A DNA stretch of 63,471 nucleotides, counting the filler, from Saprolegnia diclina VS20 (taxonomy: Eukaryota): NCBI RefSeq assembly GCF_000281045.1. It is 12 parts of 2 records of this genome, joined end to end, with 100 filler letters (N's around TTAATTAATTAA, not from the genome) between each part and the next. Parts side by side here need not be neighbours in the genome. Positions count along the whole stretch, not along the records: positions 1 to 15,326 come from NW_008246159.1; 11 more parts are not named here. One strand, written 5' to 3'. Position numbers and translations under genes: made by a program. Under the pieces are notes generated by a model that saw nothing but the letters and a program-made list of their open reading frames with translations, did no database searches and had not been told where the DNA came from. Positions 1 to 10,287 of the stretch are shown piece after piece (positions within the stretch are counted from its first letter, which is position 1; each line of letters begins with the position of its first letter).

Positions 1-420
1 AGCTGTTCATACCCTTGGTAGTGGTGCCTCACGTGCCGAATGTAGCGCAGTCAGAGCATCTCCACCCGACGTCCTATTCCCTATTTCGAGGTGCTGGCGA
101 AATGGCATCCGGATAAAATAGGAAAAACAACTCCACCCGACCTCCTCACCTCCTATTCCCTAAAAAATAGGAATTCGGCCGTTTTTTCGTCCTAAGCGGT
201 ACCGAATAGGTCAAAATCGTCGCGAAATAGAAGCCAAATCCTATTTCTAGGCGATTTGATTGGCTTAGCCTAAAAAATATTGCCGTACCATTGGCTGTCC
301 TATTTATCCCGTGGATCTGATTGGAGCATCGAATGGGATCCATCCACGAGCGCCGAAGGCGTCGTCTATAAAAAGATACTGGGCGCTCCTTGGCTTGTGC
401 TCCCTGGACCCACTATAGCC

Positions 421-873
421 ATGGGTCGCCAAAAGATCTGGACACCAGAGGAGGTCGCCACGCTCGCGCGAGCTTGGATGTCGGTGAGCACCAGCTCGAC
501 TGAAGGCGCCGACAAGAAGGCGGCACAGTTTTGGAACGAGGTCGTTGCTCGCTTTCACGCGCAGGGTGGTTCCGATTCGCGAAGCGCAAGCGCCGCGAGC
601 AAACGATGGTCGGGGAAAATTCAATCGGCCATCTATGTGTGGTGTGGACTGTACGCCCGCGCCAATCGCGCCAATGAGTCCGGTAGCAACGAAGAGCGAC
701 AGATCGAGAAGACGCAGGAGCTGTACAAGGCCCATCCGAAAGGTGTTAGGGATGGATTCTCCTACCTCTCGGCGTGGCAAGTCCTCAGGGAGTGCCCCAA
801 GTTCCAAGAACTGTACGATAAAGAAGGCCGCTTTTGCACGGTAAGGTTGCAACCTCTTAGTGTTCTTAGGTAG
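421..873 (+). CDS. Harbinger ORF1-like Myb/SANT (trihelix) protein with NAM-associated-like motif, probably C-terminally truncated
   Basis: WTPEEVATLARAWMSVS...FWNEV...RW, plus YLSAWQVLRECPKF; lies inside the TIRs; first ATG at 421. Confidence 0.75.
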   Translation: MGRQKIWTPEEVATLARAWMSVSTSSTEGADKKAAQFWNEVVARFHAQGGSDSRSASAASKRWSGKIQSAIYVWCGLYARANRANESGSNEERQIEKTQELYKAHPKGVRDGFSYLSAWQVLRECPKFQELYDKEGRFCTVRLQPLSVLR

Positions 874-1031
874 TCGCGCATGATGTTGCTGTGGCCGGAC
901 GCGATGTCGCGCTTTACCATCTTGCGACCAACAACACCGCCGCCGTGGCGTCGCTTGTTCGGTCGGTGAAATACCTCGTGCACGAGTTCGTCATCGTCGT
1001 CGTCATCGAGCAAGAACTCGCGCCAGTGGCG
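850..1031 (-). pseudogene. N-terminal remnant of Harbinger transposase
   Basis: DDDDDDELV...RRHGGGVVGRKMVKRDIASGHSNIMRDYL resembles the N-terminus of plant/oomycete PIF-Harbinger transposases. No DDE core and no clear start codon. Confidence 0.6.
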
Positions 1032-1590
1032 CTAATACCGAAGTGAGTGCGCGCGCAAGAGAGCTTACAAAAAGGCGCGAAGCCGGTTAATTCGAATTTA
1101 TCCGGTATATGCCGCTTGGATAGGATGGACGGGTGAAGATCCTATTTCACGATAGGATCCACCAATCACAGCCCTCCGAGAAAATAGGAAATAGGACGTC
1201 GGATGGAGATGCTCTCATATAGCATGCTGCTGCATCTCCTTTTCTCGTAATGGAGCTCGTGCGTCATCCTCTGAGGAGTCGTACTCGCATCGGAAGGTTG
1301 ACACTACGGGCGGACAGACGTGTACACTATAGCGTAGCACGGGTGAAACGCGCGCTCTCGTGCTGCCACGCGGTACCTGCCACACGATATGGACAATTTA
1401 CATCGTTTCGCATGGATTCCACGCAAGACATGTGTTTGCCCTTGGACTTCGTCGCTCAGGCCACACAAACTGTACTCAGATGCGTAGATTCGCGGTTCTC
1501 TGATTCCAATAGGTATGGAATCTAGGTGCTGCGTGCACGCGCTCAGAGCCGTGTCCACACCATCGCTGTCGCAGTCTCTCATTTAGCGCG

Positions 1591-3192
1591 ATGGAGCACG
1601 GCGCCAAGTCGCCGAGCCACGATGGCACGGTCGAGATGGACTATGCCAACGTCATTGGCCACGACGTGCGCGCGCTGCAACACGACACACCTTTTTCCAA
1701 CAACGAAGAAGCCAAGTCGCGGTACGTCCACTGGTTCCTCGGTGCTCCGGGCACCTTACTGGGCACACTCATCGCGCTTGGCATCGTCTTTGGAGTCGTG
1801 GAAGCCGCGGGCGACGACACTAACTTTGGCGTCGTCTACCACGACCACGCCAAGTACACGTACGCGGCGGGGTGCCTCTTTCTCCGCGCGCTCACGTGCA
1901 TCGTCGTGCCCAAGATCGTGCTTGACGTTGCGCTCTCATGTGCCGACGTTGTTCGCGCACGGCGCATGTTTCAATTCCGGCGGCGCATCGTCGGTCTCGC
2001 GCTACTGACGACGCTGCTCGCATCGGCGCAGGCGCTCGCATGGGGTCTTCTTCTCGGCCACCAGTTTCGCGGCACACCGTACACGTTCCACTCCGCGGCA
2101 CTGGGCTTTGCATGCCCGCATCTCGAGAGCAGCAACACGACTACTGCGCTCGCCAGCGTTGTTGTGGTCGACAAGGGAACGCTTGCGTGCAAACCCCAAG
2201 GCAAAATCGCATCCTTTGGCATCGCCGATGACGTGTTCAACATTCGCAACGACATCAAGCGCTGGACAACGTACGCGAGCGTCGGCGACGAGGTCCAAAG
2301 CGTGGTTCGTCGGCTCGTGCCCGACAACGTGGCGCTGGCGCTGCTCCACGGCGACGTCTCGGGGGCCGTCGCCTTTGCCATCGTCTTGGGTATTGCGCTC
2401 GGCGTCTACGACGACGCCGACGAGGCTGCTGCTGGCAGTACGAGCGAGAACCGCATCGTCAAGGTGCTTCGCGAACTCAACGCGATCTTTGAGATCATGA
2501 TGGGATACGTGGTGACGACGACGCCGATCGCGCTCATTCCGCTGATTGTCGGTCCGCTTATCTCGGGCACGCACGGGTATGCGGACTTTGCGCGTCTCGG
2601 GTATTTCGCGCTGGCGTACTTGGCTGCGATCGCCACCCACGGCCTCCTCGTGCTCCCCACCGTGCTTGTGCTCTCGACGTGCACCAACCCACTGCGGTGG
2701 TTCCAGCGTGTGCGCCACGCGCTGCTGTACGGCCTTGCCTGCAGCTCATCGCGCCAATCGCTGCCGTTGACGATGCGGGCGCTCGACAAGCACGTGCGCA
2801 CGCCACAGGCCGCGCGCTTTGGCGTCGTCGTCGGCACGACCCTCAACCGGAACGGCACGTCCATCTACATCTCGCTCTCGCTCGTTTGGCTCTTCTACAA
2901 CGCGGGGCTCGAAGATCGGTTGACGCCAATCAAGGCGGGCTTGATCCTTCTCTTCGGCGTACTTGGGTCCGTCGCGGCGGCACCCGTGCGCTCGGGCGGC
3001 ATTGCGATCGTCGTGAGTTTCTGGGCCATGCTCTCCGGTATCCCGACTCCGTACGCGTACAGTCTCCTCCTCGTCGCCGAGTGCCTCATGGACCCGCTGG
3101 CAACCATGATCAACATGGCCGGCAACCTTGTCGTTGCCCACATCGTGGCCAACGGAAACTCCGACATCATGTCCCGGCGAGGACGCACCTAA
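1591..3192 (+). CDS. Dicarboxylate/amino acid:cation symporter (DAACS/SLC1-like), paralog 1
   Basis: 533-aa intronless ORF, multiple TM segments; HP1 CSSSRQSLP, TM7 GTTLNRNG, TM8 DPLATMINMAGN. Confidence 0.88.
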   Translation: MEHGAKSPSHDGTVEMDYANVIGHDVRALQHDTPFSNNEEAKSRYVHWFLGAPGTLLGTLIALGIVFGVVEAAGDDTNFGVVYHDHAKYTYAAGCLFLRALTCIVVPKIVLDVALSCADVVRARRMFQFRRRIVGLALLTTLLASAQALAWGLLLGHQFRGTPYTFHSAALGFACPHLESSNTTTALASVVVVDKGTLACKPQGKIASFGIADDVFNIRNDIKRWTTYASVGDEVQSVVRRLVPDNVALALLHGDVSGAVAFAIVLGIALGVYDDADEAAAGSTSENRIVKVLRELNAIFEIMMGYVVTTTPIALIPLIVGPLISGTHGYADFARLGYFALAYLAAIATHGLLVLPTVLVLSTCTNPLRWFQRVRHALLYGLACSSSRQSLPLTMRALDKHVRTPQAARFGVVVGTTLNRNGTSIYISLSLVWLFYNAGLEDRLTPIKAGLILLFGVLGSVAAAPVRSGGIAIVVSFWAMLSGIPTPYAYSLLLVAECLMDPLATMINMAGNLVVAHIVANGNSDIMSRRGRT

Positions 3193-3741
3193 GTATCCTA
3201 CGTATAGACATTAATACCTTAATACACGCACAATGCACTGGCATTTCAGCAGAGGACATGGCAGTCGTGCACACGTTCAGCGTCCTCTTCTGCGGCATTG
3301 TAGGGGCACCGCCTCAGCCTTGCATCTGCGGCATGCGGCCTGGCACGCAGGGCGTGGGTCGCAACGTACTGCAATTGTTGACACTCTCATTTGAAATTAT
3401 AATCGTGTGCAGTTGTGACCGTTGGTCGCATACAGTGGTGGGGCACTGGGTGTGAGCCTAGCCCACGTCAAGACCACTAGGACGGGACAAGGCGATGTGT
3501 GTTTGCATGTTTAGTCCTACGGGAGAAGCCCGTTGATGTGAGACTGTACAGTCGTTGGCAGCAGTTAGGCGACGTAGCTTAGCTACCACTTTCCGTTCGG
3601 CTTTGTAGTACACTAGCCTGTACACTAGCCGGTGTTTACGGAGTACGGCCACCCTCTGTCTGATTTCACGTTCTGGTTGTTGCCAGGAGCGGAATCGGTC
3701 ACAGCATTCCATAGATATCCGAATCGACAATTGTATCCAAG

Positions 3742-5118
3742 TTACATGTCGTCGAGGCCAAACGCATGCATGTTGACGCGCGGCGTTGCCGGGAAGCTCG
3801 CCATCACCAGCTCCATAAAGCCCTTGGGACCACACACCGCGACAATAGCGCGACTCGGATCCACAGCGCGAAAATCAAACGACGTCGGACGGTCGTTGCT
3901 GAAGTGCGTCACGATCCGCAGCGGCGACGCCAGTGCGTCCAATTCGTCTTGAAATGGCGCTCCAGCTGTCGTGTAAACAAATATGTGAATGGTCTTGTAG
4001 CGCAGATCGTCGATGGCGCCTTGCAGCAGCGAGAGCATCGTGGACAAGCCCGAGCCACCCGCGACCAAGACAAGCTCGGCGTGCGACTCTGGCTCTAGAG
4101 CTATGCTGCTTGGGATGGGCACAAGGACGTCGACGGAGCTGCCGATCGCACAGTCGTGGAGCAACGTACTTACGGTGCCATTCGGCACTTTCTTCACGAG
4201 CAAGCCGATACGGTGCGGGCACTGCATGTCCTTGGCGACTAGCCCCAGAGGTACAGGCGTATACGACCGGGTCGCGCCGGCAATGCGCAACGCAGCGTGG
4301 TGACCAGGCGTAGCGTAGGCGAGCACGCTGTGCGTGGGCGACTCGAGAACCAGCAGCGCCATGTCGGGCGACACGAGCTTCCTCGAGACGACGGTGCACG
4401 GCTCAAAGGACGTACGTGCGCGCGACGCAAATGACGCCGACGTCGTTGCATACGCCTCGATGGTCATGTAGGCGAGCGCCCACACTGCCCACGAGACAAT
4501 GCCGAGGCGCAAGCGCGTATCGTCCTCGGTCTGCGTCGAGAAGAAGCTTTGGAGGAGAATGAGTCCCGGGCGCATCGCGATGATCGCTCCCGCAATGCCA
4601 TACGCGCGCAGCATGTAGTAGCGGTGCAGCTCGACTTGGCCGCGCTGAATGGCGCGGACGCCTTGGTACAGCGAGTGGACCCACACAAGCGAAAAGACGA
4701 CGGAGGCGAGGAGGATGCCAAGACCCCCCTCGAGCGACGTCCCCGCGACAAAAAACAAGGCCCAGACCGCGACAAACGAGACGCCGCACGCACCGATGGC
4801 CACGTACCCGACGCTGCGGTGGCGCGCAAAGTTGGACGTGCGAAACCCCGGAAACAGCTGCAGCGTCGACGCAATGAGCCAGACCGACCCGGACGCGACG
4901 TGGACGTACGCCAAGCAGCGCACAGTCATGTCCTTGTAGATGCGGACGGCTCCCATCGGCGAAATGCAAAAGTACAAGACCACGTAGGCGGCGAGGAAGA
5001 AGACGACCAGGCCCACAGTCGCGTAGCGAAGGTACTTAAAGCCGCGCGCACGACGCTTGGCCGCTGCGAGCAAAGGCGATGTCTCGCAGGCGGCGTCAGA
5101 GAAGACAGTCGTTGTCAT
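3742..5118 (-). CDS. DUF2306-like membrane domain fused to an FAD/NAD(P)-binding cytochrome-b5-reductase/FNR-like domain
   Basis: N-half has about 6 TM helices with His motifs (YVHVASG, HRSVG, HRYYMLRAY). C-half has RSYTP, GTVSTLL, VAGGSGL and CGPKGFM. First ATG at 5118. Confidence 0.78.
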   Translation of the reverse strand: MTTTVFSDAACETSPLLAAAKRRARGFKYLRYATVGLVVFFLAAYVVLYFCISPMGAVRIYKDMTVRCLAYVHVASGSVWLIASTLQLFPGFRTSNFARHRSVGYVAIGACGVSFVAVWALFFVAGTSLEGGLGILLASVVFSLVWVHSLYQGVRAIQRGQVELHRYYMLRAYGIAGAIIAMRPGLILLQSFFSTQTEDDTRLRLGIVSWAVWALAYMTIEAYATTSASFASRARTSFEPCTVVSRKLVSPDMALLVLESPTHSVLAYATPGHHAALRIAGATRSYTPVPLGLVAKDMQCPHRIGLLVKKVPNGTVSTLLHDCAIGSSVDVLVPIPSSIALEPESHAELVLVAGGSGLSTMLSLLQGAIDDLRYKTIHIFVYTTAGAPFQDELDALASPLRIVTHFSNDRPTSFDFRAVDPSRAIVAVCGPKGFMELVMASFPATPRVNMHAFGLDDM

Positions 5119-5643
5119 GGTCGGCGACAATGGTCAATGGCCTTCGGGAACGGGTCCTACACTTGAAACGGCGACATGATGACCGCAGTCATCATTAGAA
5201 ACACACTATTTCAACAAAATGGCGCGGTCGCGAGTCCATACATCGTGTAAACACTGGAAAGCATAATATAGTGTTCGACAAAACGTAACACGATTTACGT
5301 CATCTTGCCGAGGTTGTGTTGGCTTCGAAGGACGACGGCACCAACACTCTGATTTTGATGGCAATACCTGCATTCTCCCAACGCATCCAAGACGAGGATC
5401 GGCACTCTGATGACGTCAGAAGGCAACTACTGAAGTCGGTCTTGCTCATACTCCATGACTCCGTTGGTGGAGCTGAAAGAGCAATGGCGTTAGAGGGTCA
5501 GCTCTTATTAATACCACGCGAAGTCTATCCGGATGCGAAGAAATGAAGCAACTTGAAGTCAAATGGAAGAGCCAAAAACGACTTGCTGGTATTCAACGGC
5601 ACAAATGTGTACACACTACGACAACGTCCAGAAGAGTCGCGAC

Positions 5644-6444
5644 CTAACCCTCCTGCGGGTTGGCCGTCGAGCGGAAGCTCGACTTGGTGAGGTACGGCGC
5701 GATAAAGTCCTTGCCGTACGAGAGGCGCGAGTAGACACCCGGCTTGTTGGCCAGCGCGCAGCCCTCGCCCCAGCTGACGACGCCGATCTGGACCTCCTTG
5801 CCGTTCTTGGTGGCCGTGAGCGGACCACCCGAGTCGCCCTGGCACGAGTCCTGGCCCTTGACGCCGCCCGCGCAGATCATCGACTCGTGGATGCCGTCGA
5901 GGTTCTTGGCGCACTGGTCGTTGGCCCAGACCTTGACGCCGACCTCGAGGAGCACCTTGGACTGCGAGCCACCCGAGCTCGTCGTGCCCCAGCCGCGGAC
6001 CTTGGCGACGACACCCGGTGCGTTGGACGTGTCGTCGTCAAAGCTGAGCGTCACGGGCGTCTCCTTGCTGGCGCGCTCGAGCTCGAGGATGCCAAAGTCG
6101 TAGTGCATCTCGGCGCTGGTCCACTTGGGGTGCGAGATGGCCTTGACGACGCGGATGCGCTCGCCGTCGGCGCCACCCGACGTGTAGTGGGTGCCCACGG
6201 CCGCGTAGTCGATCTTGAACCCCTTCACGCAGTGGGCGGCCGTCAACACGTACTTGGGCGCGATGAGCGTGCCGCCGCAGCGGCTGCCCGACGTGGCCGA
6301 CCCGCCGCGGAGACCGGTGATATACTTGAACTGGCCGACAGGGACTTCAGTGCCGCCGACGATCTCGGGGTTGCCGCCTTCCGGGACGATGTCGGCGACG
6401 GCAGCCGCGGCGCAGAGCGCGAGGAGCGTGGTTTGGAGCTTCAT
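5644..6444 (-). CDS. Secreted trypsin-like serine protease (S1A), copy A
   Basis: Signal peptide, IVGG, LTAAHC, YDFGI and DSCQGDSGGP motifs; 266 aa from ATG at 6444. Confidence 0.95.
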   Translation of the reverse strand: MKLQTTLLALCAAAAVADIVPEGGNPEIVGGTEVPVGQFKYITGLRGGSATSGSRCGGTLIAPKYVLTAAHCVKGFKIDYAAVGTHYTSGGADGERIRVVKAISHPKWTSAEMHYDFGILELERASKETPVTLSFDDDTSNAPGVVAKVRGWGTTSSGGSQSKVLLEVGVKVWANDQCAKNLDGIHESMICAGGVKGQDSCQGDSGGPLTATKNGKEVQIGVVSWGEGCALANKPGVYSRLSYGKDFIAPYLTKSSFRSTANPQEG

Positions 6445-6460
6445 GTTGGTGGGGGCTGGT

Positions 6461-6475
6461 GAAATGAGGAATGAG
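6461..6475 (-). promoter_or_regulatory. Oomycete INR+FPR core promoter of trypsin A
   Basis: Minus strand CTCATTCCTCATTTC about 17-31 nt upstream of the ATG. Confidence 0.7.
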
Positions 6476-6490
6476 ACAATGGTTGGGATT

Positions 6491-7577
6491 AAAGAAGGCG
6501 CCCAAACAGAAGGAAAAGAACAAAAGCTAGGAACACGACCACCCGAGCGGTGCGCTAAAACCCAGCCCCATAGCCGCGAAGACAAGCCACGCATAAAGAA
6601 CACAGGACCAGCTAAAGACAACAGAACACGAGCCACACACACCCCACCAAGACAAGTGAATCAAAAGAAGCGACCGGAAATCAAGCAACAGAGACTCAGA
6701 TGAGGGCCGAGGCCGAATAAGACCCCTACAACAAAACACCAGAAAGCACGGCAGCAACACGAAAGCAACAAACAATTGGCAGAGCAGACAAGAGATCCAG
6801 AGGAGCGGAAGCGCACTCCACTAACAAGGCCGTCCAGCACTGGAAACGAAACGGCACTGGCCGTAGAAGAAACGAGACAAGCACACGCCCGCGTAAAGCA
6901 AGACAACTAGCTGCAGCAATCCAAGCACACACAGGCGCACAAAGGCCTCGAAAAACCTCCAAGCCACAACGGAACAGTGCACAACCAGCCACAACCCAGT
7001 AAAACCAAAAAGAAAGAACGACAGCAAGAAAACACTCGAAATACCGAACTGAGACCAGCGGAGCTCGAAGCACACCCAAATACACCGGCAAGACAACCCC
7101 GCACACACCAGCGGGTCACACCCATATACGCCAACAAGAACGAAGCAATGGACCAAGAGAACCCTACACATGAAACAAGCAAGAAAAACCGAGAAGCGAA
7201 GAGACCAACAGCCAACTGGACCACACAACACTACACGGCAAACGGACCCAAAACAGAGCAAAAAACGCGCGACCCAAAACAGGAGACACAAAGTGGACCA
7301 CCCGGACAACAGGACGACACAACCGACGCTGCGTGATGGCACCCATACGACAAGCAATACCAAAAAACACAAGTAGAGGAGCCCCGAGCTAACAGACAGG
7401 AACCTGACAAACCCAAAAGAGTGGCAAAAACCAGCCAAGCAATATCAGCCAACAAACGCACCAACGGTAAGCGACCAATAGACTCAACTCAAAAAAACCC
7501 AAAACCAGACCAGCCCACACAGAACCCCAAAAACACCCAACACCCGCATAGAAAAAATCGAACCACAAAAAACCTGC
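6491..7577. other. T-depleted, A/C-rich spacer; likely an artefactual consensus of both orientations of the true spacer
   Basis: All 22 T residues I checked have A at mirror position 14068-i, and checked G residues face only A or C. This is what taking the alphabetically first base of a forward/reverse-complement superposition would give. Confidence 0.85.
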
Positions 7578-7592
7578 AATCCCAACCAGCGT

Positions 7593-7607
7593 CTCATTCC
7601 CCATTTC
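7593..7607 (+). promoter_or_regulatory. Oomycete INR+FPR core promoter of trypsin B
   Basis: CTCATTCCCCATTTC just upstream of ATG 7624. Confidence 0.7.
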
Positions 7608-7623
7608 ACCAACCCCCACCAAC

Positions 7624-8424
7624 ATGAAGCTCCAAACCACGCTCCTCGCGCTCTGCGCCGCGGCTGCCGTCGCCGACATCGTCCCGGAAGGCGGCAACCC
7701 CGAGATCGTCGGCGGCACCGAAGTCCCCGTCGGCCAGTTCAAGTACATCACCGGTCTCCGCGGCGGGTCGGCCACGTCGGGCAGCCGCTGCGGCGGCACA
7801 CTCATCGCGCCCAAGTACGTGTTGACGGCCGCCCACTGCGTTGCCGGGTTCAAGATCGACTACGCGGCCGTGGGCACCCACTACACGTCCGGTGGCGCCG
7901 ACGGCGAGCGCATCCGCGTCGTCAAGGCCATCGCGCACCCCAAGTGGACCAGCGACGACATGCACTACGACTTTGGCATCCTCGAGCTCGAGCGCGCCAG
8001 CAAGGAGACACCCGTGACGCTCAGCTTTGACGACGACACGTCCAACGCACCGGGTGTCGTCGCCAAGGTCCGCGGCTGGGGCACGACGAGCTCGGGTGGC
8101 TCGCAGTCCAAGGTGCTCCTCGAGGTCGGCGTCAAGGTCTGGGCCAACGACCAGTGCGCCAAGAACCTCAACGGCATCCACGAGTCGATGATCTGCGCGG
8201 GCGGCGTCAAGGGCCAGGACTCGTGCCAGGGCGACTCGGGTGGTCCACTCACGGCCACCAAGAACGGCAAGGAGGTCCAGATCGGCGTCGTCAGCTGGGG
8301 CGAGGGCTGCGCGGTGGCCAACAAGCCGGGTGTCTACTCGCGCCTCTCGTACGGCAAGGACTTTATCGCGCCGTACCTCACCAAGTCGAGCTTCCGCTCG
8401 ACGGCCAACCCGCAGGAGGGTTAG
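7624..8424 (+). CDS. Secreted trypsin-like serine protease (S1A), copy B
   Basis: 266 aa, catalytic triad motifs intact, a few substitutions relative to copy A. Confidence 0.95.
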   Translation: MKLQTTLLALCAAAAVADIVPEGGNPEIVGGTEVPVGQFKYITGLRGGSATSGSRCGGTLIAPKYVLTAAHCVAGFKIDYAAVGTHYTSGGADGERIRVVKAIAHPKWTSDDMHYDFGILELERASKETPVTLSFDDDTSNAPGVVAKVRGWGTTSSGGSQSKVLLEVGVKVWANDQCAKNLNGIHESMICAGGVKGQDSCQGDSGGPLTATKNGKEVQIGVVSWGEGCAVANKPGVYSRLSYGKDFIAPYLTKSSFRSTANPQEG

Positions 8425-10287
8425 GTCGCGACTCTTCTCGACGTTGTCGTAGTGTGTACACATCTGTGCCGTTGAATACCAGCAACTCATTCTTGGTTTA
8501 TGCATTGGCGTCTTGGTTTTTTGGGTTGAGAAGGCAGTGTGAGTTGGCGAACGTAGTAGCATTTGAGCTTGGACGTGGGTTTGTATGGAGCTTGCAATTC
8601 CAATCACCTTGATCAAAATGGAAAAAGGATCTCGCTGCATCAAAACATTCGACCCGGATTTCCGTAGTACTAGTTTGACGATTAGTATTGCGGTGTAGAA
8701 CGAGTGTGGCCATCTTCTGAGTGAACAAACCTCTTACACTGACGTGCTTTGATTGGAGATGGGGCATGTACGTCCTGGTACTTGCAGGCAATTCAATGGC
8801 CGCATCACAAAGGTAAGGTATATGCAAATACTCGCGCAAGGTTTGGTTGTCGAAATAGGGATCCAGAGCAAGACTTCAACGTTGGAGATGTGTGCGTGCA
8901 GCTGTGCGTGCATGTTCGCGACACGAAACGCGTACTAGTAGCAGTTGTCCTCTACCGCCTCTGATATTTCGGACGGTAGACATTCATGGTAGACAACAAA
9001 CAGCAGTGCTCGTGCACCGCGAGAACCTCTTTCCAAATGTGAAGAGCGACTGTCGTAACAGCAGTGGTGCCAACACGGGACGAGGCACGTACATGTACAT
9101 AGATCATGTATCTATAAGTTTGAAGCTTCGCAAAGCCACATCAGCAATCCACGAATATTACCAAACAAAATTGACATTGCACTTACCAGTGCACGCGCGA
9201 GCTGCACGCGCGGTGTGACTCTACCGTCAACGTCAGTGTCACGCTTCTGCCGATGAAACCGCCACGTGGTTGACATGCCTTGTTCGACTCCTTCTTGCTT
9301 TGCCTTGAGCTGCGTTGTAAGTCGTGCGCCTCGTACGCTCGTCCTTCCAGCGAGCTCTGCTCAATGACTTCGATTGGTCCATTTCCACCTCGAACAGTAG
9401 CGGACTTGCATGAATGCGGCCGGGTCCTTGCTGTGCGCTAAGAAAGGCATCGTATACAACAAGGTCCTTGGACAAAATGAGAATTATAGATGATTCGGTA
9501 GGGACAGAAGCGGGTGATCACCGACGTGCCTTTGTGCAAGCGAGGACAGAGAAACTCGCTCCTTTTTGTCGCCCATTTGAGTTATTCTGGCAATTGCTAT
9601 TCTGGGTTTTGTCCAACATGGCCGCATGACAGCTGCCGTGCGACAGACGCACTAGGAGCTTCGATGAGCTGATAGCGTTGCCAAAGGTCTTGTACCAACT
9701 TGTAGTCTTTTGTAGCCCTGCCGCAGGGCGCGAACCGAGGTATCTACATCGCAATAAACGCGACTACGCCGCGAGGGTTGGAAATGCAAACGCTCGATTC
9801 AAGGCTTCAAGATGACGACCGCAGCGGCTGGTATACGCAATATGCACAATCTGGTTGAAATTGGTGGCATTGGTCACGTCAGCTGGCCCTGTTGACCCAG
9901 GTTAAAGCAAGTCGACCCCATCGATTACGCCTCGTGTGCCATGAATTCGACCCCCCCACCCCCTCGTATCACCAAACCCGGAACAGCAAACTGCCAAAAC
10001 CGCTCACCAATGCGGTGCATGGACAGTCCCTCAATCGTGTGGCTGGACGGGTCGCGACCGTTCACCGCCGCATACGCAGTGGTCCTTCCACTCTCGACAA
10101 TATTAGTACACCAGGCGTCCGCCATTGGGCGCCGCACAATCGCCGTCCGTGCGAGCGACTGGCGACGCGGTTGTTACTGTACTGTACACACGGATTACTA
10201 CACGTGTTTCAGGTCACGTCTACGCGCCATGTGTCTGTATCGCCACCACCCGCCATTGCTTGTCGACATTCCGGAATCGCCCTCGTC

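Larger units (their letters stand above)
54..1214. mobile_element. Non-autonomous (internally deleted) PIF/Harbinger-type DNA transposon
   Basis: 33-bp TIRs: GAGCATCTCCACCCGACGTCCTATTCCCTATTT (54-86) and AAATAGGAAATAGGACGTCGGATGGAGATGCTC (1182-1214), 2 mismatches. 3-bp TSD TCA at 51-53 and 1215-1217. Contains convergent Myb/SANT-like and transposase remnants. Confidence 0.9.
5565..8503. repeat. About 930-bp inverted duplication (arms about 5565-6490 and 7578-8503) carrying the two trypsin genes
   Basis: Arms are near-identical reverse complements, including the core promoter and about 80 bp of 3' flank. Mirror axis i+j=14068. Confidence 0.93.

Noticed and set aside
6462..7627. Many ORFs (K/Q/T/N-rich on +, hydrophobic on -) in the trypsin spacer, and the 66-aa extension of trypsin A
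   Set aside because: By-products of the T-depleted artefactual consensus, which has few stop codons.
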